Below are positions 1 to 13,035 of a DNA stretch of 64,000 bases, in pieces (position 1 is the stretch's first letter; each line of letters opens with the position of its first letter). The DNA lies in NCBI GenBank assembly GCA_965261345.1, contig OZ253449.1:2304001-2368000 (forward strand). Direction: 5' to 3'. This stretch comes from Chloroflexota bacterium. Its GTDB lineage: Bacteria > Chloroflexota > UBA11872 > VXNJ01. A program made the translations under genes and the position numbers. The notes under the pieces are model-generated. The model had not been told where the DNA came from and did not search any database. It saw only the letters and a list, made by a program, of their open reading frames with translations.

Positions 1-617
1 TAGGCGGAAATGCGTTCTGGCAATTGGCGATAAAGCCATGAGGCATCGGCGGTCGGATACGCCTGCGCCACCCCGGTGATCAGGTGAAATGCCTAAATCA
101 CCGCGCATGGTCCGTTTGGCGGGTCGTATCGCGCCGCCCAAACCTCGATCCGATCAGCGATCTCCCTGGCGTTGCCATGTCCGAGCACGCCCATCGCCGG
201 AACGCCCGGGTGGCCGTAGAAGGAGACGAGCTGGGCCCCTTGCAAGACCGAATTCTGCGTGGACGGCCGCGGGAATGTCCGGCCGCGTATTGGATTGGAA
301 ACTTAGCGTTGGCCTCGTCCCGGGATAAGGTGAGTGAGCGCGCGCCGTACGTGCGGGACGTTTTCTCCCCAACCCTGGATCAGCGACGAGCCGTCCGGCA
401 TCAGCGTCCACACCGTTAGTCTCGGAACGGTGCGGTCCGGCCCGCGTTCCCAAACGAGCCAGCCCAACGCCGGACCCGCCAAGTCCTGGCGCAGCTCCAT
501 GCGCTGGACGGTCCAAGTCAATCAAGTCGAACCCCGCCGAAAATTTGCAACAACTGTTTTTGAGGAACCTCAGATCGGCGCCATACCGAACACCCTAAAG
601 ATCGCCAGGCGGTTCGA

Positions 618-977
618 GTGACGCGACCGCGAGACAGGCCATTGTTGGCCGGCCTGTGGATGGGCCTCCTGGCGGGATTAACGGCCATCATGTGTTGCGT
701 ATCGCCGGTGGTTCTGGTGCTAATTGGCGCAGTGACCGCGGTCGAGGCGATCTCGCTCGGCGACACACTCTATTACGAATACGGATGGTATTTCCGCGGC
801 GTCGGTCTACTGGTCGGCGCCGTAGCCGTTTATATCTACCTGCGACGCCGCAATTCCTGCTCGATAGGCGGCGCGTTGGATCACTGGCGCACGCTGGTGA
901 TTTTGATTGCAAGCGCACTTCTCACCTACATCGCGCTGTTCTGGTTTACCAAATACCTCGGGATCTGGTTCGGTTAG
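618..977 (+). CDS. MerT/MerF-like small heavy-metal membrane transporter
   Basis: 119 aa with about 3 hydrophobic segments; vicinal Cys pair in the first segment (IMCCVSPVVL) and a further Cys after TM2 (RRRNSCS). Confidence 0.6.
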   Translation: MTRPRDRPLLAGLWMGLLAGLTAIMCCVSPVVLVLIGAVTAVEAISLGDTLYYEYGWYFRGVGLLVGAVAVYIYLRRRNSCSIGGALDHWRTLVILIASALLTYIALFWFTKYLGIWFG

Positions 978-1261
978 CAGGCCCATATCATCGTCACACC
1001 AATCGGGTCAATAAAGCGCGTAATCGCATTTTTGTGCACGCAGATAAGGAATCATCTCGGCTCGCACACCGGTCGATGTGGCTGGTTGGAACGCTACTAA
1101 ATATTTGGTGCAGCGGCGGAAACGCTAGAGAATTGGTCGGGCGGGTTCCCAGCCTTGGCCGAGTTGTTGCGCGACCGCAATTGTTCGGCCGGCGGAACCA
1201 TCCAGCACCAGAACCATTAGTTGTTGCGGAGTATTTTCCAAAGCCCATCCGCATGCGTCCA

Positions 1262-2014
1262 ATGAATCCCGGTTTGCGATTGATGCTGGTCGCTGCACTC
1301 GCGCTGCTTGCATTCGCCGGCATGGCGGCCGGCGCCGTGGCCCTCATCGGACCGGGGGGCCCAGCTGCACCGGCACCCTCGGGCCCACCGGAACGCTCCG
1401 CACCCAATCCCGAACCGGCCATTAACACAACCCCCAGCTTCCTGATCGAACCAGTTTTCGACGGCACGGGCGTACCAAGCGGTCCGGCGGAACGCGCGGA
1501 TACCGATCCGGTCGAAACCGACGCACCCAAACCGACCCCGACGCCATCGCCTGACCCAGCACCCACGCCCAACTATTGGCAGGACGGCGATCGCCGCATG
1601 CGGTTGCACCCGTTTGCGACCCCCACCCCCGCTCCCGCAGACGCCAAATCGGACGGCGAGACCGAGGTGCCCCTCACCCGAAGCGCGGCCGCATCCCAGC
1701 CGGGGACCGCACCGTCGCAAAACCCGGCCGATCCGACGCCGCAGTTCCAGTCCGACTCCGGAAATTCGTTATCCCTTCCGGGCGGCGTACTGGTCGTGCT
1801 GAACGCGGACTGGGGAGCAGATGAAGTGGATGAATTCTTCGCGTCCAACGAGATAAAGCCAGCGCAATTAACGGCAATGCCCCCATTGACCAACACGTAT
1901 CTGATCGCAACGCCGCCCGGGTTGGTATCGCTCGAATTGGCCAATTCGCTGGCCGGCCAATCCGGGGTGATAGCGGCAAGTCCAAACTGGCAGCGCGAGA
2001 TCACGACCAAGTGA
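1262..2014 (+). CDS. Exported Pro-rich protein with C-terminal subtilase-propeptide-like domain (putative external chaperone of the downstream S8 protease)
   Basis: Hydrophobic N-terminus (MNPGLRLMLVAALALLAFAG), Pro/Thr-rich linker, and an approximately 75-aa C-terminal domain (GGVLVVL...SLELANSLAGQSGVIAASPNW) resembling I9/prodomain patterns. It is co-oriented directly upstream of the protease. Start taken at ATG 1262 within ORF 656..2014. Confidence 0.6.
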   Translation: MNPGLRLMLVAALALLAFAGMAAGAVALIGPGGPAAPAPSGPPERSAPNPEPAINTTPSFLIEPVFDGTGVPSGPAERADTDPVETDAPKPTPTPSPDPAPTPNYWQDGDRRMRLHPFATPTPAPADAKSDGETEVPLTRSAAASQPGTAPSQNPADPTPQFQSDSGNSLSLPGGVLVVLNADWGADEVDEFFASNEIKPAQLTAMPPLTNTYLIATPPGLVSLELANSLAGQSGVIAASPNWQREITTK

Positions 2015-5000
2015 ACGGATCCAGGGTCAATTGCTCGCAGCACGCTGCGCGTTGCAGTAACAGGTTGCGCCAGCGCGCCCAGGAGAGTCACGTTAGGCCG
2101 CAATTTAACCATCGAAAAACGCCGCGGAAATTCGAAACCGTAAATCGACCCACCCCGTTCTGGGGGACCCCGCCCGCGGCATGCGGTCGGCGGATCTAAG
2201 GGCCCGGTCGGGCGGGGGCGCAGGCCCTCGCGCACCGCGATCGTTGCGATCCGGGACCCGATGAGGTTGGGCATGGCTCGGGCTACCGCCGAGGCGGCGC
2301 GGTCGGGTGCGAGGTTGGTACTCGTACTCATGGTCGTGTTGGGTTTGGGATTGAGCGGGCAGCCGTCGACCCTGGGCCAAGTGATGCATGATCACGGCGA
2401 CGACCGCGATCATGCGACCGCGATAAACCTGGGGGATTCGACCGCCGGGACCATCGACCCGGCGACCGACGAGGACTTTTTCAGGTTCGAATTGACCGCA
2501 TCCACGGGTGTGCGGATTTTGACCAGTGGCAATCTCAACACGGTTGGACAACTGCAGGGCTCCAGTGGGGCGGTGCTGCGGACCGCCGATGACATCGATT
2601 ACCGCGGCGGAGAGTTAAATTTCGAGATCGCCAACCAGCTCGCCATTGGCACTTACTATGTCCGGGTTCGCAGTTTTCGGGCCGACCCACCGGCCCTGAC
2701 CGGGGATTTCACCCTCTCCGTAAGTGAGTTACCCGACCAGGGTGACACCATCGCGACCGCCGGCACGCTGCCGCTGGATGGCTCAGTGGATGCCCGAATC
2801 CTGCCGGGCACCGACGTGGACATGTTCGAGCTGGTGCTATCGAGCGCAACCGACGTGGAGATCTACACGACCGGCGAGCTGGATACGATCGGCAAGTTAT
2901 TGCACCCAAACAGTGACATTACCGAAAACGACGACCGCACCTTGGATGCCGCGGGCCGCAACTTTCTTATCCGCGAGTCCCTTTCGGCCGGAACCTACTA
3001 CGTAAGCGTCGAGACATTCCAGTCGCAGAACAATCGGACCTTTGGGCCGTACACCCTACACGCCGATTCGATTGCCGACGCCGGCGATTCGCGGTCACAG
3101 GCGAAGGCAATATCGGTCGGTGATTCAGCCGGGGAGACGATGTTCGATTCCGAGGACGTCGATTACTTCCAGTTCACGCTCTCCCAGCAGACAGACTTGC
3201 GGGCTTACACGACCGGGTTCGTAAATACGGTGGGCGTACTGGAGAACCAGGGCGGAACGGAGCTGGCGCGCGGCGACGACTGGGGCTTTCAGCGGCTTAC
3301 CCGGAACTTCCACATCCGGCAAAGTCTTGGCGTCGGTACCTACTACCTCAAGATCGAGAGCGTCGGCGAACGCGCCGGCGATTACGAGCTGCACCTAGAA
3401 GCCGCCCCGCCGGGGTTCGATCCAACCGCGCCGGCGCACACGCTTTCGATGAATCGGGCGGCCAGCGGAAGCATTTCATCGATTTCAGACTTCGACTTGT
3501 ACGAGTTCGCGCTATCTGCGGCGGCGGAGGTCGAATTCGACCTCGACTCGGATATATATTTCTCGCTGGTGACCAGCTTGTATGACCAACATGGAGCGGA
3601 AGTCCCCGGCGGTGGCGGCGAATACGGACTCGACGCCGGTACCTACTACTACCGCGTAACGTCCGGGTTCCTGATCCGTGCCAGCGGCACAGCGGTGGTC
3701 GCCGGTCCGTACGCTGTCACGCTGCGCCGCAATTCAAGTTACGAGTCGTTCTTATCCAGTTGCACGGCGATCACAACCGCGCATAACGACCCGCTTTATG
3801 GATGCCAGTGGCACCTTGAAAACCGCGGAAGGGGTGGGGGCAGGACAGGTCAGGACATCAACGTCGAAGATGCCTGGGAGAACACAAAAGGCGAAGGCGT
3901 TAACGTCTTAATCGTCGACAACGGGCTCGACCCGGATCACGAAGACCTTGTCGAGAACGTCGATGCGAGTCGCAATTTCGACGTGCTCGGCGACGATCGC
4001 GTCCTGCGGCCGCAGTTCACCCACGGGACCGCGGTGGCTGGGTTGATCGCCGCCCGCGACAACGACCTGGGCATGCGCGGGGTGGCCCCTCGCGCGAGCC
4101 TGTATGCTTACAACGCATTGGCCCAAGGCACCGACGCGGACTTCCTCCAGGCCATGCTGCATGAGCAGGATCAGACTCGGGTTTCCAACAACAGCTGGGG
4201 CGCCCGCGAAGGCTCGGGTCTTGATACCGCTCCCTTTATCTGGGAACTGGCGCTTGAACAGGGACTTACGGCCGGGGCGGGCGGCAAGGGAATCGTCTAT
4301 GTCTTCTTCGGCCGGTAACGGCGGTTCGATCGACTATTCAAATCTTGAGGAATACGTCAATCACTACGGCGTGATCGCCGTCTGCGCGGTCGATGACCGC
4401 GGCATACGGACTTCCTATTCAGAATCGGGATCGAATCTGTGGGTGTGCGCCCCCTCGCGCCAGAGCGGCCGGCAGGGAATCGCAACCACCGACAACTACA
4501 GTCGCTACCGTGAATCTTTCGGCGGGACATCGGCGTCGGCGCCCCAGGTATCGGGCGTGGCCGCGCTGGTGCTGGCGGCCAATGACAGACTGACCTGGCG
4601 CGACGTCAAGCTAATCCTGGCCTCGTCGGCACGCCAGAACGATCCGTCCAACAGCGACTGGTTGGCGGGTTCTCCCAAGTACCGCACCGAGAACGACTCC
4701 TACCGGTTCAATCACCGCTACGGATTCGGGGTGGTCGATGCCGCGGCGGCGGTGGAATTGGCCCTTAACTGGGTGAACCTGCCCCCGTTCCAGGAAATCA
4801 CGGCCGTTTCCGGCGATCTGGATCTTGTCATACGCGATTCGCCGCGAGACCCGGTGGAAGTGAAGCTGGCCCTGCCGACCGGCGTTTCGTTCATCGAATT
4901 TGTTGAATTGCAGATCGACTTTTCCCACGAAGCGGTGCGCGATCTCAAAATCGAGCTTGTATCTCCGGCCGGAACGACCTCCGTGATCGCTCCCGACACC

Positions 5001-8000
5001 GGAGCTTCCACGATCGGCTGGGATGGGGAGTTTCGCTTCGGGTCGGCCCGCCACCTGGGCGAGGACGCGGCCGGCGAGTGGACCCTGCGGATCACCGATC
5101 GCCACCGCGTTGACTCTGGTCGGTTGCGCAGCTGGGAGATCATCGCCTACGGTCATCGCCGCGCCCCCGGTCAGCCCACCCCGATTGCGGCGGCCGCCCT
5201 CGATCAGGCTCTGAGCGTCGATTGGCATGCGCCGGAGTCGGCGCAGCTCTCCGAGGTAACTGGATTCGATCTGCGCTTCATCGAGACCTCCGCTGACGAG
5301 ACCATCGATAGCAACTGGACGGTTCGCAGCAGCGTCGCAACGGCAACGCAGTCTCGCTACCGCCTGACGGGACTTAGCAACGGCACTTCATACGACCTCC
5401 AGGCACGGGCGTTCAATTCCGACGGGTCGGGCCCGTGGTCGAAGGCATTCATCGGAATACCTGCGTTGGTTCCAGATATCGCCTCGATATCCGGCATCAC
5501 ACCCGGCAACCAATTGGCCACCATAACCTGGAGCGCGCCAACCACGCCCGCCGGAGCTCCGATAACTGGATACGATCTTCGTCATATCGGGGCGGACAAA
5601 GAGCGCCCCGAGGACGGCGACTGGACCACCGTTTCGAACATTTGGTCGAGCGGCGATCTAACTTACTCGGTCTCGGGACTTGAAAATGGTTTCGAGACCC
5701 GATTCCAGGTCCGGGCCCGCAACAGCAACGGCGCCGGCCCCTGGTCGCCGGCCGAATCTTCCAAACCGCGTACCGCCCCGGCGGCGCCGACAGTCGACCC
5801 GGTCACCGGTTACAACACCCGCCTGCAGATCTCATGGTCAGCACCATCAGATGACGGCGGGGCCGAAATCATCGCCTACCATCTGCGCCGCATCGAGAGC
5901 GCTGCCACCGACAAGAGCGATGCCAACTGGACCGGCGTCGACAACATCTGGCGGGCAGGTCCGGGAGGCTTTGCCTATTCACTCACAGGGCTCGCCAACA
6001 GCACCCAGTACGACGTGCAGATTCAAGCTGAAAACGCCTCCGGGCGGGGCGGCTGGTCAGTTGTGCGCAAGGGCACTCCCGGCAACAAACCGGACGCGCC
6101 CGCGATCGATGCGGTATTGGCCGCTAGCGCCAGCCTGACCGTTGCCTGGACTGCTGCATCCGCGGGAGGGACCGCCAACCGCTACGATCTGCGTTACAAA
6201 CAGAGCTCCGACCCAGATTTACCGTCTTCATGGACCACCGCAAGTTCGATCTGGACAACCGGGTCGGGAACGCTGGAATACGAGCTCACCCGGCTGGAGA
6301 ACGGCACTTCCTATGACATCCAGGTGCGCGGCGGCAATTCCTCCGGTGCTGGGCCTTGGTCGTCCTCGGCCAGTGCCATCCCACAGGGCGTTCCCGGAGC
6401 ACCAGACCTCGACAACGTGGTGCCCGGAACGCGGCAACTCACGGCCTCCTGGAAACGACCCGACAGCGATGGCGGGTCGGAGATCGCCTCGTATGATCTG
6501 CGGCACAAGAAAAGCGCTGATCCCGACGAACCTGCTTCCTGGACAGAGGTATTGATGGTTTGGAGCACCGGTGCGGTAGCACTCGAATACGAAATCACCG
6601 CCTTAGAGAACGGTACTTCCTACGACGTCCAGGTGCGTGCCGTCAACGCAATCGCTCCGGGACCGTGGTCGATTTCCGAATCCAAGATCCCTGGTGATGC
6701 GCTCGGCCCGCCACTAAACGTAGTTGGGAAGGCGCAGCAACGGGCGCTCGAGATCAGCTGGGGCGCACCGGCGGGAGCATCCGGGGTCATCACCTGGGAG
6801 GTTCGCCACATACAGAGCGATGCCACCGACCGCGCCGACGAGAACTGGGAGAGCGATGGCCAGCTGATCCGGTCGGCGCCATACCGCCACATGATCTCCG
6901 ATCTTTTGCCGGCGACCAACTACGACGTTCAGGTCCGCGCCTTCAATGCCAATGGGGCGGGGCAATGGTCAGCTGTGGCCAGCGGCAGGCCCTACGATCC
7001 GCCGGGACGGCCCGGTTTGGCACCGCTGGTACTCGAGTCACAGGCGGTTACGATCCATTGGACCAGGCCCGTTGATGACGGCGGCGCCGACATTACCGGT
7101 TACGACCTGCAGCACTGGCGGGGCGATGCGCCCAGCGCGAATGTGAACTGGAACCTTCGATCCAGCATCTGGCAGGTGACCAGGGATTCGAAAACGAGTT
7201 TCCGGCTGGGCGGATTGCGTAACGGCAGCCGCTACTGGGTCCGATTGAGGGCGGTAAACGCCGCCGGCGAGGGATCTTGGTCGAGTGCCCGATACGGGGT
7301 TCCACGAACGGTCCCTGGTCCACCGCCCAAACCCGGCGTGCAGCCGGGTCAGTGGGCGCTCGAGATCAATTGGACCGAGCCGCGCGATGACGGCGGGGCA
7401 AAGGTCACTGCCTACGACCTGCGTCGCAAGCAGTCAAGCGCACCGGACGAGCCCCAGTCCTGGACGGACGTTTTCGACATCTGGACCACCGGGTCCGGGG
7501 ATCTGGAATACACACTCGGCGGCCTTGACAACGGCACCTCGTATGACATCCAGGTCCGGGCGGTCAATCCGGCCGGCCCTGGCACCTGGTCGGTGACTGG
7601 AAAGGGCATCCCCCGCACCACCCCGGGGCGACCGGCGATTACCGCGGTTGAAGCGGTCCACCAGAGCCTGGAAATTGGATGGACGTCGCCGCTAGATAGC
7701 GGCGGTAACGAGATCTCCGCCTACGACGTTCGTCGCAAGCGGACTCTGGATCCTGACGTTCCGGCCTCCTGGAACGAAATTTTAGGCGTGTGGAAGAGCG
7801 GTGAATCAACAGATCTCACGTATCAGGTGGGCGGGCTCGTCAACGGCACCGAATACGACGTGCAGGTACGTGCGGTCAACGACGCCGGCGCCGGGACATG
7901 GTCGCTGAGCGATAGCGGCACCCCTGTCACCGTGCCGGGAGCGCCGGCGATCGTGTCGGTAGAGCCTTTTGACCAATCGCTGGAATTTAGTTGGTTACGA

Positions 8001-9371
8001 CCTACATTTGACGGTTTTGCCGGCATCGACTCGTACGACCTGCGCCACAAGAAGAGCAGGGATCCGGACCTCCCGCGCTTCTGGACCGAAGCGATCGGGA
8101 TCAGAACCGGATCCGGTCGGCTCGAGTACACGCTTACCGAACTTGCCAACGGGACAGCCTACGACCTGCAGGTGCGTGCGGTCAACGACGCCGGCGCCGG
8201 GGGCTGGTCGGCGACCCGCGCAGGCACGCCCCGGACTGCTCCCGATCCACCCAGCATCTCATCGGTGACCCCGGGAGATAGGTCGCTAACGGTCCGCTGG
8301 CAGGCGCCGCCCCAAAACGGGGGCGCGGAAATCACGTCTTATGACCTGCGCAGCAAGCGCAGTCAGGACCCGGACGTTCCATCTTCCTGGATAGAGGAAC
8401 TCGAAAAATGGACTACCGGCGCCGGCGCGCTCGAGTTCACGCTTACTCAACTTGCCAACGGCACTCTTTACGACGTCCAGGTGCGGGCAGAAAACAGCGC
8501 CGGCGGGTCGGGCTGGTCCGGGACCGCGCCGGGCACACCCGTCGGAGTGCCGTTGGCGCCGGCGATCACCAACCTGGCCGCCGAGGACCGGACGCTTACC
8601 GTTGCCTGGGACCCGCCGAGCGACCTGGGCGGGAACACCCTTGAGGGTTATTCGATTCGCTACAAGGCAAGCAGCGCCCCCGACACCAACCGCAGCTGGA
8701 CCGATTTGATCGATGCCTGGCGGACCGGCACGGCACTGGAGTATTCGATCGATCAACTGCAAAACGGCAGATCCTATGACGTGCAGGTTCGCGTCGAAAC
8801 CGACGCCGATCCCGGACCCTGGTCGCATCTGCGCAGCGCCACCCCCAGGACCGTGCCGCCGGCCCCCCAAGTCCAAAGCCTGGATCCACTCGACCGCTCA
8901 CTTTTAGTCAAATGGCAGGCCCCGTCCGGGAACGGTGGAGCCGAAATAACCGCCTACGACATCCGGTACAAACGCCAATCCGATCCCGATCAGCCCGGTT
9001 CCTGGGCGGAAATCGAAGGTATTTGGCAGACTGGCGGCAGGGCGTCGGAATATATCCTTTCGCCGGGTTCTGGGTTGACCAACGGCACCGCCTACGACGT
9101 CCGGCTGCGGGCGGTCAATATCGCCGGATCTGGGCCCTGGTCGGGATCGGCGCCCGGCACACCGGCGGCGCTACCGCAGGCCCCGGTTCCGATCGCGGCC
9201 AAGCCCGGTCGGGGATCGCTGGAGTTGAGTTGGAATCCACCGGCCAGCGATGGCGGCAGCGAGATCATCGCCTATGACCTGCGCCACAAGAGGAGCAGCA
9301 GCCCCGACACCGACTCCTCCTGGACCCTGTTCGATCGGGTCTGGGAGATGGGCGACGGGGCGCTCGAACAC

Positions 9372-11122
9372 GATCACGTCCCCTGGAGTGGTGTAAGAGC
9401 ACCCGCTTGATCAACTAAGCCAACGCGATGACAAAGGGCCATCGTGTAAACCTCTACGGAGTCAATTCACTTACTTCGTCGAGGAACCATCGATGGCCCA
9501 ACTTGATTATCAGACCTTGCTTGCCCTTATCGCCAAGCAAGGGTTTGACAGCAGCGAATTCGTCCGCAGCGCCGTACGGCACGCCTACCAGGAACTTATT
9601 GACGCCGGCCTGGCCGAAAACATCGGCGCCCAACCGCACGAGCGCAACGGCGAGCGTCGCAATCGGCTTTGGCGGCTCGCGCAAGCGCACCCTCTCCACC
9701 CGGGCGGGCGACATCGAGATTGCCCTGCCCAAGCTGCGCCAAGGCAGCTACTACCCCGAGTTCTTGGAGCGGCGGCGGCGCATCGACCAGGCCCTCTACG
9801 GCGTCATCATGACCGCCTACAGCAAGGGCGTCTCCACCCGCAAGGTCGACAAGCTGGTGGAGGCGATGGGAGTAAACGCCGGGATCTCCAGGTCCGAGGT
9901 GTCAAGGATCTGCAAAGGCATCGACGAGCTGGTCAATGCCTTCCGCGAACGCGATCTCGCGCATACGACCTTCCCGTACCTCTATCTCGACGCCACCTAC
10001 GTAAAAGCCCGAAACGCGCATGCGGTAAGGTCGCGGGCGGTGGGCATAGCAATGGCCATAAACGAGAACGGCCATCGCGAGCTGCTGGGGCTTGCAATCG
10101 GCCACAGCGAAGCGCAGGGCTTCTGGGAGGACTTGATCGCCTCCCTGGTAACGCGCGGTCTATCCGGCGTGCGGCTGGTGATCTCCGATGGGAACCAAGC
10201 CATCGGCAACGCGGTGACAAAGCTTATTCCCGAGGCCGCCTGGCAGACGTGCAGGACACACTTTGGGCGCAATCTTCTGCCAAGGGTCAGAAGCGGCGAC
10301 CGCGGGCTGGTGGCAGCCGGACTGGCGTCGCTGTTTGGGCAGGCTGACAAGCAGAGCGCCATGGACGCCTTCGGAGATTTCGCCGATCGCTTAGAGCGCA
10401 AGTATCCGGAACTGTCCACGATCCTCGAGGACTCCGAGATCGCCCTGACTGCCTACACCGCCTTCCCGCCTTCGCACTGGCGCAAGATCTGGTCCACCAA
10501 TCCCCTAGAGCGCGTTATGGGCGAGCTAAAGCGCCGCACCCGGGTAGTACAGCTCTTCCCCGACGATGACTCGGTCCTGCGCCTTATCGGAGCGGTCCTA
10601 ATTGAGCAGAACGACGAATGGCTCGCATCCGAGCGCCGCTATATGTCCAGGCACTCGATGGCCTTAATCGGCCAACCCCCATCTCCGGGAGAGAGGCAGT
10701 CCCCGCTGGCATTGCCGGCGGGGTAGCAACCGCCGCCGGGGGCCGTAGCGCCCTCCAGGGAAATGGAAGGTCGTGCGCCCGGCTTGGCGCTAGCTGGGCC
10801 TAAATAAGGATCACTAGCGTCGAATTGGGCCGACTTTCCCAACAAACCCGGCCCGGTGAGCCCGAATGCGAGCCGTTACGGGCCGGGGCCGGCCTTCGGA
10901 CCCATGGAAGCCCATATGACCGCGACCGCGCCATGGTCGCAACTGGCAAAATGATGGACGCCTTACCGGCAGTCGCCGTCACAGCCAAGGACTCGAAACT
11001 CCCCCAGCAAGCCCCAGCAACCATCTGCCGGCCCTGCCGGCAGCTGCAACTCTGCAGAGTTGCAGCTGCCGAACCCCTAAACGTAGAGGACGGCTTAGTT
11101 ACACCACACCGTGGGACACGTC
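9372..11122 (+). mobile_element. IS256-family element (1751 bp) with frameshifted transposase, about 9493-10726
   Basis: 9-bp TSD CTCGAACAC at 9363-9371 and 11123-11131. Imperfect terminal IRs (GATCACGTCCCCTGGAGTGGTGTAA / TTACACCACACCGTGGGACACGTC). Mutator-type motifs YLDATY, ISDG, CRTHF and STNPLER. Frameshift near 9670. Confidence 0.93.
11038..11071. repeat. Perfect 34-bp palindrome near the IS256 right end
   Basis: CGGCAGCTGCAACTCTG|CAGAGTTGCAGCTGCCG with no spacer. Confidence 0.9.
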
Positions 11123-12717
11123 CTCGAACACACTCAGTCATTGGCCGGCAGCACATCGTTTAACGTGCAATTGCGTGCCGTCAACGCTGTCGGACCCGGG
11201 CCCTGGTCGGGTTCAATCACCGCCACAACCGGTGCCCGTGGTGGTGGTGGAGGTGGAGGTGGTGGCCGGCGTCCGCCTGAACCGGTCCTCCCGTCGATCG
11301 AATACACCCTCAAGGTGCTAGATAACCGCTTCGAGAAAGCACCGGGCAACCTCGACCTCCAACACAACATCCCCGACCTGGAGGTAACCCTCCCCAACGG
11401 GGAGGTGGTAACGGCCGATTTCCTGGGTCACTTCCTGGAAACTGGTGAGCTAACCCGCTGGGGCTATCCCACCTCTGAGGTCCTGGTACTAGAGGATGGG
11501 ACCCTGACCCAGTTCTACCAGCGCGGGGTGGTGGACTTCCACAACCTTGGATCCGGCTGGGTGGTGGAACGCCGCCTGGCCTGGGACTACGTCGGCGGTG
11601 GCGCCGGCGGATCGCCCGACCAGGGCGTAGAACCCGGAGTTACCAATCCCCACCCGGGCACCCTCCTGGGTCCCTGGGGCCACAAGGTCTCTGACTTTGC
11701 CATCGATGGAACCCAGATCGGCTTTGCCGGCTTCTTTAATTCCCTGGGCGGAGTTGGCGCCTTCGGTTTGCCCAAGACCGATGCCCGGGAGGATACCGGA
11801 GACCTGGGCACCTTAAGGGAACCAGACAAGACCCTGGGCTTTATCCGGCAGTACTTCCAGGCGGCAATCTTCCAGTTCAATGCGGCCGGTGCCATCGAAA
11901 TTACCCTGCTGGGCGATACCCTGCGCGGCGTTCTGGTGCCCAACTTTGCCGAGCATCCCCCATTTACCAGGGCAGAGCAACTGGTACGGGTGCAGGCATT
12001 TAAGCCCTACGCAATCCCGCAACTGGCCGACGCCTGAGGAGGTTCGCAAAAATCGCTGGCGTGGCCGATTCGTCGCCGCTTGGCGCCGGGGTACCGGCCG
12101 TGCAACGATTGCAACGAACGCGGATTTTGGGCAATAGACGTCGTTTTGACCGATGCCGGCCAAACACATGGCCCCGGTCCGGTCCAGACCCGGCTTTCGC
12201 GGCTGAGTCGTGATCTCGATTGCATGCCGAATTTACGCCACTGCGGGCCCCATAGACAGGGTCGGGCAGTGGCAAGAGCCGATCTTCAACCCCTACCGGA
12301 TGCGATCACCAGGCTTGATACCCGGTGGTGGGCAATGGCCAGCTCGTAGAAATTTTTCACCTGGTGCTTGTGGGCAGGATTTGTGCGTTTATCTATCAGA
12401 CGCCACATGGTGTTGCGCCGTTTTCCAACCCGCCCAATCATCGCGACCCGTGCGGCGCGGAATACAGCGACGATCCCCATGTACCGGCAATTTGGCGGGC
12501 CGGCAGTCAAGCTTTGGTTTGCGCCAACAAATTCAATCTGAAAACAGGTCCTCCGCGGACCGGCGGGGGGACTGAGAAAGCATTGTTCACGGTCACTTAA
12601 AGGTTTTTTTCCGTCACCAAGGGCCCACCGGCGAATGAGGCGGGTTCGCACGTTTTCTGACGGTATTCGCAATTGGCCTCATTTGGTAACCCCGGGGCGG
12701 ATCAATGAGTCGAATCG

Positions 12718-13035
12718 CTATTTCCACGCGGCGTCAATTGGCCAAATATTGCTGCTGCCCAGGGCCGCGCCCTCAATGCCATCGATTATGATGTCGGCGG
12801 TAGCATCGCGGAATTTGATGAAGTGGGGCGTTTCCAAATGGGCCTGGAAGGCGGCCTCGTCATCATACACCTCATAGAGCCAGACGCGATTTTCGTCGCC
12901 TGCATCTCGGATTACATCGAAGCGTCGGCAGCCCGGCTCATTGTTTACTGACCCCGTGGAGTCCGCAATGATTGCCTCAATGAACTGATCCGTGCAGCCC
13001 GGTTTGATCTGGATGGGTGCGAGTATCACGTACAT
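12718..13035 (-). CDS. ABM-domain protein (putative quinol monooxygenase / LsrG-like)
   Basis: 105 aa; NEPGCRRFDV, LYEVY and AFQAHLETPHF signature. Confidence 0.85.
   Translation of the reverse strand: MYVILAPIQIKPGCTDQFIEAIIADSTGSVNNEPGCRRFDVIRDAGDENRVWLYEVYDDEAAFQAHLETPHFIKFRDATADIIIDGIEGAALGSSNIWPIDAAWK

Larger units (their letters stand above)
2261..12037 (+). pseudogene. Giant secreted S8 (kexin-like) serine protease: signal peptide, about 4 PPC-like domains, catalytic domain, P domain, 14 FN3 repeats, Gly linker and C-terminal surface-anchor-like domain; frameshifted and IS-interrupted
   Basis: Catalytic motifs IVDNG, HGTAVAG, AGNG and GTSASAP are present, plus kexin-type LTWRDV and YGFG. 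There are 14 GxWS-ending FN3 units. One extra base near 4307 (GTC TTC T TCG GCC GGT AAC) splits VFSAGN. Removing the IS at 9372-11122 and one TSD copy joins ORF 4104..9410 in frame to 11111..12037. Confidence 0.9.

Noticed and set aside
5160-9360. Periodic DNA repeats
   Set aside because: Explained by FN3 coding repeats; not CRISPR or DGR, with no identical repeats plus spacers and no reverse transcriptase.
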